Positions 37,951 to 49,650 of a DNA stretch of 64,000 nt are shown one piece after another. This stretch comes from Octopus vulgaris (taxonomy: Eukaryota). The position numbers were made by a program, and so were the translations under genes. The stretch covers positions 106,082,001 to 106,146,000 of the forward strand of contig OX597819.1 of assembly GCA_951406725.2 (NCBI GenBank). The letters run 5' to 3'. How positions within the stretch are numbered: position 1 is the stretch's first letter; the number at the start of each line of letters is the position of its first letter. Under the pieces are notes generated by a model. The model saw nothing but the letters and a program-made list of their open reading frames with translations. It searched no databases and had not been told where the DNA came from.

Positions 37951-38304
37951 ATTAACTCTGCACGCATAAACGAAGCAGTGTTATTGTAGTCGCTCGTCTT
38001 TGTCTGTGTGTTTGCAAAATTACTAGAAAACGGCTGAACGGATTTTCACCACAGTCAACAGAAATACTCGTTGGGTGAGTGGCTCAAACTCGTTGAATAT
38101 TGGTTTGATTATCTTCAAAACTGACAGATGGGAGAATCAAAATGTTTTTTTCTTTGTTATATATGCATAAGCAATAAGCAGGGGAAATAATTATTGATGT
38201 CATTTTGCTGAAATATGAATTCCCCTGAGAATGTATTTATTAAATTAAAGTTTGTTTTACCCTTGTGTGCGCGCAGGGTATGCATCGCCTCTCCGATGCC
38301 TTTT
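37951..38304 (+). mobile_element. Helentron-associated non-autonomous element (HINE-like), second family
   Basis: SubTIRs CTCTGCACGCA / TGCGCGCAGGG, an internal GTCTGTGTGTTTG tract, 'GGCTGAACGGATTTTCA', and a 3' hairpin GCATCG-CCTCTC-CGATGC followed by a T-tract. Confidence 0.65.
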
Positions 38305-40434
38305 CTTTATTTTTGTCTTTGTGGTTGCTTTACGACTTTGATGGTAACATTATTTTATCTTTCTTCCTGGGGAGATTCGCCGAAGGATATTCCTTCCGCA
38401 TTTCCTCTTTGTATCTGCAGAACCGGTTGGAGAGATACGGTTTTCTACAGTCTTCTTTCTATAATTTATAAATATTTTCAAAAACCATTCTTTGAGAATA
38501 CTTCTCATCATTTGTCATAAACTATTCTATATTAGTGTTGGTGATAAAAACCCGAATGGTTACGCATCCATTCTTCAGGTTTAGATATATTGTCTTTCTT
38601 GAAAGCGTGTTTGCTGCTTGTAAAGGTTTTGCTGTCTTGTTTGCTGTCTTGTAAAGGTTTTGAGCTGGAACATTCTTGGAAAAATTACGTTTGTTGATTC
38701 AGCTATTTTTCATAATTGTTAACTTTATTGCTGTTCTTGACCATATTCCAAAAAAGTGTATGAATAAAAGTTCTTAAACCCCAAACACTCAAGCGCGTCC
38801 ACGCACACACACACACGTACACTAAGGTACACACACGTACACACAACCACACGTATATGCGCACCCATACATATATAAAAAGCGAAAGAGAGAGTGAGAA
38901 AGAAAGATATTTGTAAAAGAAAGAATTCCGGAACTTGTGCTTTGTATTCTGATTTCAAATCCCACCATGACCTCAACCGCTACACTAGTCAAACGTCGTT
39001 TGGTTTAACATTCCCATCTGGAAACATGGCCTAAGAGGAGCCAAGGCCGTTGCAAAGTACTTGAAGTTTGTTTCACGATATACTTCTAATTCTTTCCCAA
39101 CAGTTTCGGAAGCCTTATAAAGGGTTATGCACGTTGCCTTCTCTCCTGATTGAAAGATAGAAAATAGGACAGTTGACTTCAGTATCTCAAGCATGTGAAT
39201 ATATTGTGCGAAATTCTTTAAGGAAATCCGCCCAGAAAGTTAAATCCCAGAAGATGGAAAGATTAGTATTTTCATTAAATGGTTCTGTAGTAGTAATGTT
39301 AAGTCGCAGGGATTGTAAATTCATACACAGAGAAAAGATAATGATGGATAGTTAGATAGACTGACAGATAGATTATAAAGATAATTAGACGGATAGAGAG
39401 ACGGACTGATAGACGGGTTTTTAGATAGAGGAATAATAGCTATAAAGATGGAAATATAGACATATAGACAGAGAGGGAGAGGGAGAGAGAGAGAGCGAGA
39501 GAGAGAGAGAGAGTGGGCGGAGAGTTAGAAAGAACAAAGGAGAAACAATTAACGAAGCAGAAAAGCTGATTTGATGTCTGTAGAAAAATTATCGTACCAA
39601 AATAATGAACAGTACAGAAACTCTAATCAATGAAATGTTAATCTAACCACAGACATTTCCATGGCTATTGTTACTTTTGTTGTTGTCACATTTAGCTCGA
39701 GGTCAACAACAGACACATATGGCCAAATATATGCCAGCCAGGATCAAACTGGCTTTTATGACAGTAGTTTAATCAGATCACACTGGCTTTTATAACAGTA
39801 GTTTATTCAGATGGACGAGTTTAAATAAAGTAACGTGTGGTTTGAAGGAATTTGGTTATTGTTTCGTTTAGTCTGGATTTTAGAAAATCCGGTGTTTCCT
39901 GCGATGTATTTGGTTCAAAGGTTAGTTGTTTTTAAATATCGTGTGGCTTTAGTTAAATTTCTATATGAATGATCCTTTAGATATTAAGAGCTTCGCAGTT
40001 TATATAATTTATAGAATAATACTGATATAGATGTTCCTACTAATTATTATTTGGCTGGTTTAACCGATAAGGATATGTATATGTGTGTGTGTGTGTTGGC
40101 ATTTATATATATTTCTTTATTGTTCCATCTAGGGAATATGATATAATCGAATATAATATAATCTAATAGAATGAGAAAAAGCAAGTTCTATGGTTTGTGT
40201 AACTAACCATTTCATACAACAGTCGCAAGTATAAAACCAATATAATACACACGGACGTTTATATGTTGGTATGTGTGCGCGAATACGCACCCCACTACAC
40301 ACACACATATATATATATACATATGCATGCACCACACATACATACATATATACACACAAATAAACATACACACACACACACACATATATATATATACAAG
40401 CATACACACACACACACACACACATATATATACA

Positions 40435-40495
<61 letters not shown>

Positions 40496-40739
40496 GTGTG
40501 ATTGTGTATAGAAGAATATATTAATAAAAAGAATTCCAACCTTGTCTGATTTTCACGTTTTATTTACAATCTTATAATGATATATTATAAGATAATATAT
40601 ATAATTGAATAAAATAAAATGAAATATATAAATATTCATTCTGATTGAACTAGTACTTTCATGCATTGAATTCTGCAATCTTTGGGTTCATGTAGTAGTG
40701 TTGACAGTCATGCTTCACAATTTTTGACTTCACAATATT

Positions 40740-40815
<76 letters not shown>

Positions 40816-40818
<3 letters not shown>

Positions 40819-42100
40819 ACTTCAGTAAAGCGTTCGACAGGGTAGACCATAACATCCTACTCTCAAAATTGGCAAATGTTGGAATCCGTGGAAAAGTTCT
40901 ACACTGGATTCAGTATTTCCTAGCGAATAGAACACAACATGTTGTAGTTGATGGAGTCCACTCAAACCCAGCAAAAGTCACCAGCGGTGTTCCCCAGGGA
41001 ACTGCTTTGGGTCCGCTACTCTTCATAATTTATGTAAACGACCTTTCCAGTGTCGTACATCACTGCAAAGTGAAAATATTCGCTGATGACACTAAGCTCC
41101 AGCAAATCGTCAATGAAGAAGCAGACCGAACTCAACTCCAGTCTGACCTATATGCTGTGAGTCAATGGGCAGACAGAAACAAAATGCAACTGAATGAGGG
41201 AAAATTTGAGCTGATGCATTTTGGAAGAAATTCCTCACTAAAACAACCATACTCTCTTCCTTCAGGGGAACCGCTCACAGCCTCTAACAATATCAGAGAC
41301 CAGGGTGTAATTGTTGATGACGATCTCAGTTGGATTGCACACATCAACAAGAAGGTCGATACAGCTCGTAGGATGAGTTCCTGGATCTTAAGAACTTTCC
41401 GGTCCAGAGAACAAGGTGTCATCATACCACTTTTTTCATCCTTTGTACGGCCACACCTTGAATACTGCTGCCCACTGTGGTCTCCTCACACAAGACAAAA
41501 CATCTCCAGAATTGAGTCACCCCAGAGGGCTCTCACTAAATAAATTTAAGGCATGGCTGCTTTCGACTATTGGGATCGCCTTAAAGCCTCGAAACTTTAC
41601 TCCCTCCAGCGTCGCCGTGAGCGGTACATCATTTGTACGATGTGGAAAATATACCGCCAACTTTGCCCAAACGACCTAAACATTAGCTTCAAGGTTCATC
41701 CGAGACTTGGACCACGGGCTATACGTCCCCTGCCAAATTCAAGATCACAACATACATGTACACTGCAACATAATTTCTTTTCCTCAACAGGCCCTGCCCT
41801 ATTTAACATTGTCCCGAGGAGATCAAAGAGGAAAAGGATCCCATCAACTTCAAACAGAGTCTGGATAGATTCCTTCAAAGAATACCAGATAAGCCACCCA
41901 TAATTGGATACAACTCACCCAACAAGAACTCACTACTTGAACAAAACTGGATACAACTCACCCAAGAAGAACTCACTACTTGAACAAAACTTGACTTAAA
42001 CAGGATTCGAATAATCCTATCAGGTGGTGCTATTAAGTTAGACATGGCCTGGACCAATCTCTGGTCGAAACATATCTAAGTTTTATCTAAGTTTTAAGTT
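40816..42100 (+). mobile_element. 5'-truncated CR1-group LINE (RT C-terminal half + 3' UTR) inserted in (TA)n
   Basis: DFSKAFDRVDH, SGVPQGTALGPLLFIIYVND, FADDTKL, VRPHLEYCCPLWSP and LYSLQRRRERY are present. The 3' end has tandem ATCTAAGTTTT units. Confidence 0.95.
40869..41543 (+). CDS. CR1-type reverse transcriptase fragment (LINE ORF2), ending at a premature stop
   Basis: The 224-aa ORF has GVPQG/FADD motifs. Homology continues in frame past the TAA at 41541-41543. Confidence 0.85.
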   Translation: MANVGIRGKVLHWIQYFLANRTQHVVVDGVHSNPAKVTSGVPQGTALGPLLFIIYVNDLSSVVHHCKVKIFADDTKLQQIVNEEADRTQLQSDLYAVSQWADRNKMQLNEGKFELMHFGRNSSLKQPYSLPSGEPLTASNNIRDQGVIVDDDLSWIAHINKKVDTARRMSSWILRTFRSREQGVIIPLFSSFVRPHLEYCCPLWSPHTRQNISRIESPQRALTK

Positions 42101-42126
42101 TATATATATATATATATATATATATG

Positions 42127-42298
42127 GGAATAAAAATAAACCTTATTTACATTATTTACATTTGACGGATATTTGTCCTCATCTTGTTTGTTGCTAAACC
42201 AACGTTTCGGCTGATATACCCTCTAGCCTTCATAAGGTTTCTTGGGAAAATTTCGAACCTGGGTTCTCACTCCTAAGGTATTTCTCGATGTTATTATT

Positions 42299-42331
<33 letters not shown>

Positions 42332-42376
42332 CTTCTTCTTCTTCTTCTTCTTCTTCTTCTTCTTCTTCTTCTTCTT

Positions 42377-42467
<91 letters not shown>

Positions 42468-42537
42468 TCACTGCCTGGAATCGAACTCGGAATCTAGGGG
42501 TTAGTAGCCCGGGCTCTTAACCTCCATGCCATATGCC
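42127..42537 (-). mobile_element. tRNA-headed element: Pol III-like head + trinucleotide microsatellite + hammerhead-like motif
   Basis: The minus strand has a tRNA-like head (42464-42537; anticodon arm GGG-CTACTAA-CCC, B box GAGTTCGATTCC), then (AAT/AAG/AAC)n, then CTTATGAA-GGCTA...CAGCC-GAAA-C-GTT at 42196-42240. Confidence 0.7.
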
Positions 42538-42559
42538 ATTGGGCCTATGGCGTAGTGGT

Positions 42560-43674
42560 TCATTTCTATAATGTTATTCAATAAAACCATCTTGATCTTC
42601 AGCAACTGCTTCTATATGAGATTTAAATCATCTACATGCTCGAATCAAATGGTTCTAGATCATTTTGGACGTTACTCTGACTACGGCAGCTTTCAAAGAA
42701 TATTTGGTGTTATGGACGTGTTCATTGACTTCTCTCTCAACAACGCTCTACATGTAATAGTCTAATGGATTGAGGTCTGGGGAATTAGGAGTCCAAATAT
42801 TAGGGGTTATGCGAACATGAAAATTTTCAGCCATCTATTCCTATGTTATAGAGACAAGTGTTATAGTGCAGAGTCATACTGAAACACATATGGCCTTCAA
42901 TTGCATACACTGTTTATCCAGGGCTAAACAATTATTTCCAGGACATCAATGTAGGTGGCAGAGTTAACTCGAATGCCTTGTGGAAAGAGGTAAGAAATGA
43001 AGGGGTTGCTCTTCATTGCTGACAACCCCTAAAACCATGGCACTTGCTAAAAATTTTGTATGCATAACACTTGGAACTTCAAAAGGGTCTGCACATAGCC
43101 ATCTGTCATTTCTTCTGTTAACATTTTGATCATGGTCGAAGTTTTCTCTCGTTTGAGCAAAAACAAATCAAATCTGCTCCTGCTGCAGTTTTCGGTTTCT
43201 TTAAGAACCTTTAAGGTATGATGTAGTGATTTTCTGTTGCTTTTTTCTGATAGATTGACCTTTCTTCATCATATAAAACCCATATCTGATCTCTTTGTGG
43301 ACAATATTTCTGACTGTTCATTCTGATACATGGCAATCGTTTGCAATTGATCCTATGACTTTCTGGGATCGTAATCAATGATCTGTTGAACTTGCTGGAT
43401 AAATTTAGGTGTTCTGATGATTTCAGAGCGTTTAGAATGCTTTTCATACCTTTATGCTGGTGATGAATTTCCATCTTCCGTCTCCAGCTCCTTACAAACT
43501 ATGTAGATATTTCTAAATCGCTATGCTTTATAACCACAATAACAGCATACCTCTACATTTTTTGAGTAAGCTGCGGTCCTGCCATTAATATTTTCTGAAA
43601 CAAAGATTGTACAGAGTTAGCAAATGCAGCAATGAACCAAAAAGGGTATGAACTCAAATACCTTACGCACCCTG
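42560..43674 (-). mobile_element. Decayed maT/DD37D-like Tc1/mariner element
   Basis: The terminus is TA|CAGGGTGCG at 43674. The minus strand gives PNSPDLNPLDYYM*SVVEREVNEHVHNTKYSLKAAV near 42690-42800. Confidence 0.75.
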
Positions 43675-43721
<47 letters not shown>

Positions 43722-44058
43722 GTAAGAACCCTTTTCTGTCATGAACGACCATGGGACTGCACCTAGAAAGTTCCCTTCTGAGGTACAGATCCGGCGCAAG
43801 ATTGCTTATTGATGTCCAGCTGCCACCCATGCGTACCAACCTTCCGCTCTATACGCCACTGATGGTATTCAAGGTAAACCTAGACACCTATACAGCTTGG
43901 CAGCAGTGACGTCACAACTCATTTCTACATCTCAGTGAACTGGAGCAACATGAAATAAATTGTCTTGCTCACAAACACAATATTTAGTTCGGTCCGGGAA
44001 TCGAACTCACTACGCCGTGATTGTCAGGCCGACGCTCTAACCAGAGCCATGAGCCTTC
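43722..44058 (-). mobile_element. tRNA-derived SINE (head/body D-like + different tail)
   Basis: The minus-strand head GGCTCATGGCTCTGGTTAGAGCG...GTGAGTTCGATTCCC and body GAGCAAGACAATTTATTTCATGTTGCTCCAGTTCACT are shared with 13237, but the tail differs. Confidence 0.75.
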
Positions 44059-44631
44059 ACAAACACGCACACATACACACATACACACACACACACACAC
44101 ACGCACTCAAAGATATGTGTACATATATATATTTACACACACACATATGTATATATATATTCTAATGGAATAGCATAAAATATGAACAGACGGTTTCATA
44201 GATCACTTCATAGCATATTTATGCAGATAAAGAATCAAAATATAGAAAGAAACAAAGAAATTCTGGAAAACCAAAGTTAATCGTGATCCAGTGTAGACGG
44301 ATACAAATCCAAGAAAATCATACAATAATACAATCGTACACGATATATTGATCGTGGCTTTTCTATGCTAGTTTGTGAATTAAGTGTTATTTGAATACAT
44401 TTAAATGATGTCCGTTTTTAACTGAATTAATAATTTGAAGGATTCAAGCATGTTAATTCCTAGTTAAACATCCAGTTATTCGTAAAGCTACTTTTAAATA
44501 TAACAACAGTGTATTTTTATAAAGTGTGACATTTTATTTGACTTCTTTGAAAGTACACATATATACATATATATATATACGCACGCATGCATGGACACAC
44601 ACACATGCACACACATGCACAGACACACACA

Positions 44632-44668
<37 letters not shown>

Positions 44669-44726
44669 TGAACTCTCCAGTCGTTAGACGACATATTAGG
44701 GTACTGTAATTTCTTGCCGAACAGCC

Positions 44727-44763
<37 letters not shown>

Positions 44764-44767
<4 letters not shown>

Positions 44768-47289
44768 GAACCAGGAAAAAACACCAAATAACGCCAACTT
44801 GAAATATGTATCCTCTGACCAAGTGGCAAACCAAACAAGTAACTCTTTTTTACTGACATACCTGGAAAATATGAAGGCCGACCTAAGCCAGGAGATCCAG
44901 CGAGCCATCACCAACCATCTATGCAAATCGCAAGGACCACTCACCCATTACCAACTTCCCTTACCTCGACATTCCTGTTAAATGTACGTGGCATCAACCC
45001 ATCAATTATTGCCCAAAAATGGAAGATCCCATATATAGAGAGTTGGCTTGCCGAAATGGCACATTGCTTCCTTTCTTTATCCTTACCGAGACTCACCTGA
45101 ACAACACCCATATGGACGCAGAGGTGAAAATAAAAGATTTCACCATTGTTCGTGCGGATCGCACAGACCGAAATAAGGGAGGGACAGCCATCTTTATCCA
45201 TGACTCCTTTTCACTTGATGCCAAGGACACATTTTCCAATGGCTACTGTGAATCGGTATCAGTATACAACAAAGCCAAGGACATAACCATTGTTGGTCTT
45301 TACAGGCCTCCCCAGGCACCTCTAAAGTACTTTGAAGAGTGCCTTAGCAAAGTCAAGTCCTTCCTTCGGAAGTACCACTCCGGAAACATAATAGTGATGG
45401 GTGATTTTAACCTCCCTCATGTGAACTGGCCCACAAATACTCCGAAGTTAGGCAAGTGCTCTACGTCAGATAGGGCAGCAGCAGAACTGCTCTTTAATCT
45501 GATGGATGAGTATTTCCTGACTCAGCTAGTGCTTGAACAAACGAGACAGAATAAAACGATCTTGGATCTGGTACTGACCAATCACTCTAGCTACGTTCAC
45601 AGCATTTCAGTCGAAAAAACTCTCCTCTCAGACCACGACATGGTACTCTGCAATCTTAATTCCCGACGTATAAAAACCAAACCAGCCAATCCCACTCCAT
45701 GGCACCCATTTGACAACATAAATTTCCACAAAGCGGACTGGGGAACAATCAGAAAGGATCTGTCTTCCATCGACTGGTCTTTTACTCTCAATTCCCCTCA
45801 TATTGAGACCGCGTGGCAGCACTTTGAAACCATTGTCACCGACACATGCTCTAAACACGCTCCCAAGAAATCTACTAACACAAACAGAAACCGGCTCCCT
45901 AAAAAGAAAAAAACACTCATCAGGCGCATCAAAAGACTCAACAAAAAAATCAACCAATTAAAATATTCCCACACGCAACATCCACATTCAACAACAATGA
46001 AAAGACTAGAGCTGGAAAAACTTCATCTGCAGACTAACATGAAAACCTCCATTGAAAATCAAAGAGCTGTGGAGGAACAATGGGTAATCAAAAACATCAA
46101 ACAGAACCCAAAAGTGTTCTATTCTTATGCAATTAAGCATAGAACCACTGTCTCACCTATTGGGCCATTGATTGATGAAAACGGCATTCCCCAACACGAT
46201 GCTAAAGAAATGGCAGAAATACTGCAGAAACAATATTGCTCTGTCTTCAGTGTTCCCACTGATATTGATGTGAGGGAAACGAACGAAGCTGACTCCCAAC
46301 ACAAAATCGCAGACATAACCTTCACTGCCACCGACATCGTAGCAGCAATAAATGAGGTCAAACATTACTCCGCTGTAGGCCCTGATAGATTTCCCGCCAG
46401 TCTCCTGAAGGAATGTAGATATCAACTTGCAGTCCCTCTGACCAACCTCTGGAGAAACTCGTTAGACGCAGGTTATATACCGAAAAAGTTTCTATCCCAG
46501 TCGGTCATCCCGGTTTTCAAACAGGGAAACAGATCCCTCGCAGTCAACTATCGCCCAATCTCACTCACCTCCCACTTCATTAAAGTGTTTGAAAGAGTGT
46601 TAAGATCAAGGATAGCTGACTTCCTGGAGACCCACAAACTCCTAAATTCAAATCAACATGGCTTTCGCTGTGGCAGGGACTGTCTAACACAGCTCTTACA
46701 CCACATTGAAGATGTACTCAAAGCCTTGGGAACAGGTTCGAACTCTGACGTCATATACCTTGACTTCAGTAAAGCGTTCGACAGGGTAGACCATAACATC
46801 CTACTCTCAAAATTTGTACATCATTTGTACGATGTGGAAAATATACCGCCAACTTTGCCCAAACGACCTAAACATTAGCTTCAAGGTTCATCCGAGACTT
46901 GGACCACGGGCTATACGTCCCCTGCCAAATTCAAGATCACAACATACATGTACACTGCAACATAATTTCTTTTCCTCAACAGGCCCTGCCCTATTTAACA
47001 TTGTCCCGAGGGAGATCAAAGAGGAAAAGGATCCCATCAACTTCAAACAGAGTCTGGATAGATTCCTTCAAAGAATACCAGACAAGCCACCCATAATTGG
47101 ATACAACTCACCCAACAAGAACTCACTACTTGAACAAAACTGGATACAACTCACCCAACAAGAACTCACTACTTGAACAAAACTTGACTTAAACAGGATT
47201 CGAATAATCCTATCAGGTGGTGCTATTAAGTTAGACATGGCCTGGACCAATCTCTGGTCGAAACTTATCTAAGTTTTTATCTAAGTTTT
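44764..47289 (+). mobile_element. CR1-group LINE: ORF1 C-terminus, APE endonuclease, RT N-terminal half, ~750-bp internal deletion, 3' UTR; inserted in (TA)n
   Basis: LNVRG, LTETHL, GGTAIFI, LYRPP, MGDFNLP, LDLVLTN and SDH (APE); NYRPISLTS, QHGFR and DFSKAFD (RT). The 3' end is nearly identical to 41624-42100. Confidence 0.95.
45019..46878 (+). CDS. LINE ORF2 (APE endonuclease + partial RT), frameshifted at the deletion junction after ...DHNILLSK
   Basis: The 619-aa ORF carries the APE and RT motifs listed above. The true N-terminus (LNVRG) lies in another frame just upstream. Confidence 0.9.
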   Translation: MEDPIYRELACRNGTLLPFFILTETHLNNTHMDAEVKIKDFTIVRADRTDRNKGGTAIFIHDSFSLDAKDTFSNGYCESVSVYNKAKDITIVGLYRPPQAPLKYFEECLSKVKSFLRKYHSGNIIVMGDFNLPHVNWPTNTPKLGKCSTSDRAAAELLFNLMDEYFLTQLVLEQTRQNKTILDLVLTNHSSYVHSISVEKTLLSDHDMVLCNLNSRRIKTKPANPTPWHPFDNINFHKADWGTIRKDLSSIDWSFTLNSPHIETAWQHFETIVTDTCSKHAPKKSTNTNRNRLPKKKKTLIRRIKRLNKKINQLKYSHTQHPHSTTMKRLELEKLHLQTNMKTSIENQRAVEEQWVIKNIKQNPKVFYSYAIKHRTTVSPIGPLIDENGIPQHDAKEMAEILQKQYCSVFSVPTDIDVRETNEADSQHKIADITFTATDIVAAINEVKHYSAVGPDRFPASLLKECRYQLAVPLTNLWRNSLDAGYIPKKFLSQSVIPVFKQGNRSLAVNYRPISLTSHFIKVFERVLRSRIADFLETHKLLNSNQHGFRCGRDCLTQLLHHIEDVLKALGTGSNSDVIYLDFSKAFDRVDHNILLSKFVHHLYDVENIPPTLPKRPKH

Positions 47290-47411
47290 ATATATATATA
47301 TATATATATATATTTATTTTATAGAAGGAGCTTCTATAAAATAAATTAATTTACTCTGCTATGTATTGAGTACCTTATTTACTGTGGTTAACCACGACTC
47401 AACCTGGGACC

Positions 47412-47475
<64 letters not shown>

Positions 47476-47907
47476 TGTAGGTTGGTTCATGGTCTCTTTT
47501 TATCGAATTTTCACTCATTGCAATTTGAGCTTCGCAGTCACATTTGCACCATTTTTACTACAGAGGTAATTAGAAAACCTACAATAAATTTGACACATGG
47601 ACATGCCATCGACAACGAACGAAATTAGGTAATGAAACTTTTAAATATGGAATCCTTTTCAAAATTTTATTGGGGACCTTATTGTTAAGTAGTTGACAAA
47701 ATCTGTAAAGTAGAACTGTTTCATCTATAAGAATTATCAAATTGTGATTAGGGGTCGTTGATAGAAATAAATGAATATTTTGGAAATTCTAAAAAAACAA
47801 AAAACGTATGATGTGGTGTCACAATTTCCCGTACGTAAATAAGGATTTTTAGAGCCTATAAGTATAATAATAAAAGTCAAAACGCAGGGATTTTAATGGC
47901 TGTTATT

Positions 47908-48034
47908 TTCGTGTCTTTTACTTGTTTCAGTTATTAGACTGCAGCTCTGCTGGGCCACCTCCTTGAAGAGATTTAGTAGGACAAATTGAGCCAAGGACTT
48001 ATTTTTAAGTCTGGTAAATAATCTATCGGTCTCT
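47908..48034 (-). mobile_element. 3' portion of SINE family B fused behind a U6 fragment
   Basis: The minus strand reads AGAGACCGATAGA...TAAGTCC...TTCAAGGAGGTGG..CAGC...GCAGTC..ATAACTGAAACAAGTAAAAG. Confidence 0.8.
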
Positions 48035-48036
48035 AG

Positions 48037-48077
48037 AAAATATGGAACGCTTCATGAATTTGCGTGTCATCCTAGCG
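48037..48077 (-). pseudogene. U6: 3'-terminal fragment of U6 snRNA (retrocopy)
   Basis: The minus strand CGCTAGGATGACACGCAAATTCATGAAGCGTTCCATATTTT matches the metazoan U6 3' end (CGCAAGGATGACACGCAAATTCGTGAAGCGTTCCATATTTT) with 2 mismatches. Confidence 0.9.
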
Positions 48078-48701
48078 TTGTTATTAAAATCAAAACAAAC
48101 CCCGAAAGAGGAAACCTATTAACTAACATATTTCAACCATCCCGACACTTTATCATTATGCATAGATAATGTATTACATTTGATAATGTGTTTCTTGGTA
48201 TGTCGGAATTTGATTTGGGGAAGATTTGACTGCTCTTTCTGTTGTTTGTTATGTGGTTCAAACAACTGGCCGTTTTACTGTTTTGGATTTCTCTTAATTG
48301 ATATAAATTATTATCACGTGATGTTTTATTTCATCGACGCTGTTTGGAATGGAAAGTAAAAAAAAATACTGTAAATACGAAACATACATATGTGACGTTA
48401 CATTTAAGTTAACCTTACTCGTATTTTTTATCTTCCACTTTATACATTGCAAATAGAAAAAGGGTTTCGAATATCTACAAACGTGATAATTGATTTTGGT
48501 TATCGTAACTCACACTCGGCGACGGTCTTCATTCCTTTAGATGGGAAATGTAAAGAAATAATATTATCATACATTAGAAGAAAGCTCAAAGTGCTGTACT
48601 AAAATTTATTACCGCGAAAAGAGTGTTTTTCCCATAAACACTAGTAAATATTGACCAACACAAACAGTGGCGCTCAAACGGAGGCCTGCATAGATACGTA
48701 C

Positions 48702-48801
<100 letters not shown>

Positions 48802-48899
48802 GTCTATCTGGTCATATAAGTATATATATTGTGTGCGTGTCAGTGTATGTATATATATGTATGTACAATGTGTGTGTGTTGTTTTTGGCTTCATTTTCT

Positions 48900-49230
48900 T
48901 CATTTTCTGGATCGAGTCTCCATTCTGAACAGCGAGAGGTATATTGAAACACTCAAAAGGTCATCAAAGACGAGCAAGAGGAAGTAACCACAGAAGAAAA
49001 CGATACATATTCAGCAAACCAATGCACGATCAAGCATGAAATCAGGCAAGTGACAAATTGAACTGGTTACTGATCATCGTCCACCATACAGCCAGAATAT
49101 GGCAACTTCTAACTATTACCTGTTTAGTCCGATGAATTTCAGTCTTCGAGAATAATGATTTCGTGACACGACACTGACGGGGTAAATGTGTCTGTGAGGA
49201 AGTGAATATTGCAATACACATCAGAATTTG
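48900..49230 (+). pseudogene. Decayed mariner (DD34D) transposase C-terminal fragment
   Basis: LNSERYIETLK, IHIQQTNAR and RPPYSQNMATSNYYLFSPM are comparable to the mariner HPPYSPDLAPSDYYLF motif. Confidence 0.6.
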
Positions 49231-49605
49231 TCCAGAGAGAACTCGAGTGTTGTAGACAACGATAGCACAAATGCATGTACACATACACGCACGCACACAC
49301 ACACACGCACACACACATGTACAAAAGACACATACATATATATGTGTTCATGATCGTTCTATAGTGGTCAACACTTAAAATATGATAAATAAAAATATAT
49401 TTAAGTACCCGTGGAGTTCAGCAGCTTGAATTCAGTATTTAATCGGTTAACTTAACTCTTTTTATAAGCTAATAAGCATAAAGAGAAGAGATATGCATAT
49501 AAAAGAATGTAAAGTGAATTATACCGATAAAACAAAGTCCACGCCATCATTTGATGCCACCAAATCAATAAATATAGTAAAAAATTGAACGTCGTTTGAA
49601 ACCAG

Positions 49606-49650
<45 letters not shown>

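Noticed and set aside
38985-39194. 69-aa minus-strand ORF containing an acceptor-like ttttctatctttcaatcag
   Set aside because: There is no recognisable domain or matching donor, so I cannot distinguish it from transposon debris.
42035-42085. CR1 3' UTR TTAGA...GGACCA-ATCTC-TGGTC-GAAAC...TCTAA looks like a hammerhead junction (also at 47230-47275)
   Set aside because: There is no CUGANGA box and no valid stem III/NUH. It is better explained as the LINE 3' stem-loop recognised by RT.
42242-42520. Poly-V/L/I hydrophobic ORF resembling a membrane protein
   Set aside because: It is translated (GTT)n(CTT)n(ATT)n microsatellite.
41416-47250. Antisense and alternative-frame ORFs over the CR1 copies (e.g. 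41162-41425, 45628-45957, 46153-46425)
   Set aside because: They are shadows of the LINE ORF2 codon structure with no independent evidence.
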